NCBI GenBank assembly: GCA_052327205.1
Contig: CM126219.1
Span: forward strand, 9,424,001-9,488,000
Direction: 5' to 3'
DNA length: 64,000 bases
DNA from: Somniosus microcephalus
Taxonomy: Eukaryota
The notes under the pieces are model-generated. The model was given only the letters and a program-made list of their open reading frames with translations. It did not search any database and was not told where the DNA came from. A program made the position numbers and the translations under genes. Below are positions 63,567 through 64,000 of the stretch, in pieces. Position 1 is the first letter of the stretch, and every line of letters begins with the position of its first letter.

Positions 63567-64000
63567 AGAGGTGCAACTCTCTCTGGTTTTGAAATAAAGG
63601 ATGTGTCCAGAATTTTAAAAATGGACAAGCTTACTCGAATAATCTACTATTCTTTCATCAGCCACTTAAGCCCACAAGCCTATATTGTTTAACAGTGAAA
63701 GGTCAACCAACAAAGCCATTTAATCAACACTGAGTACGGTGCAGTGGTTACTCAACAATTATGCTTTTATTTTCCCCAAGTCTGTGCTGTGTGCATTACA
63801 TGTTATTCATTGCCAACTCTTGAGTAGTTTGGTTGCATGATGCCAGCTAACGTCTGTTTACTCTGCATCCTTTGGCCAGGAAAGCTGAAAGGTGACTGAA
63901 GTTGGTCATGTTGAATGTGACGTGACTTGTACTGAAAAGAGTTTTGCAGCGTCAGCCGTGGCTCAGTGGGTAGCACCCTCGCCTCTGAGTCAGAAGGTCG

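Noticed and set aside
49600-64000. ST7L exon 2 (and CAPZA exon 2 in 1-9900)
   Set aside because: I found no FLNSLTPKFYVALTG or VRIAAKFI-like peptide by eye; they probably lie outside the window, though a short exon could have been missed.

Overview
Vertebrate (almost certainly elasmobranch/shark) genomic DNA, judged from SacSINE1-type DeuSINEs, HE1-type V-SINEs and HER1/CR1 LINEs. Only two real coding exons were found, both first exons in CpG islands about 33 kb apart and head-to-head: CAPZA (minus strand, 13039-13077) and ST7L/ST7 (plus strand, 46334-46487). That arrangement matches the CAPZA1-ST7L paralogon. The rest is introns and intergenic DNA filled with CR1, L2, RTE and Penelope retroelements, SINEs, small DNA-transposon derivatives and large minisatellites; the long His/Thr/Pro/Cys-rich ORFs are minisatellite artefacts. 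The most notable observations are: (1) a double-ENE-like U-rich RNA structure in the extended 3' UTR of a CR1 subfamily (two copies); (2) both RTE copies inserted at the same nucleotide of a SacSINE1; (3) an inverted pair of 25-bp arrays built from a CTCF-like site; (4) seven CCAAT boxes phased at 32-33 bp in the CAPZA promoter; (5) minimal hammerhead ribozymes in Penelope ends; (6) a LINE with a tRNA-like head. All calls were made by eye, without database searches; repeat boundaries are approximate.
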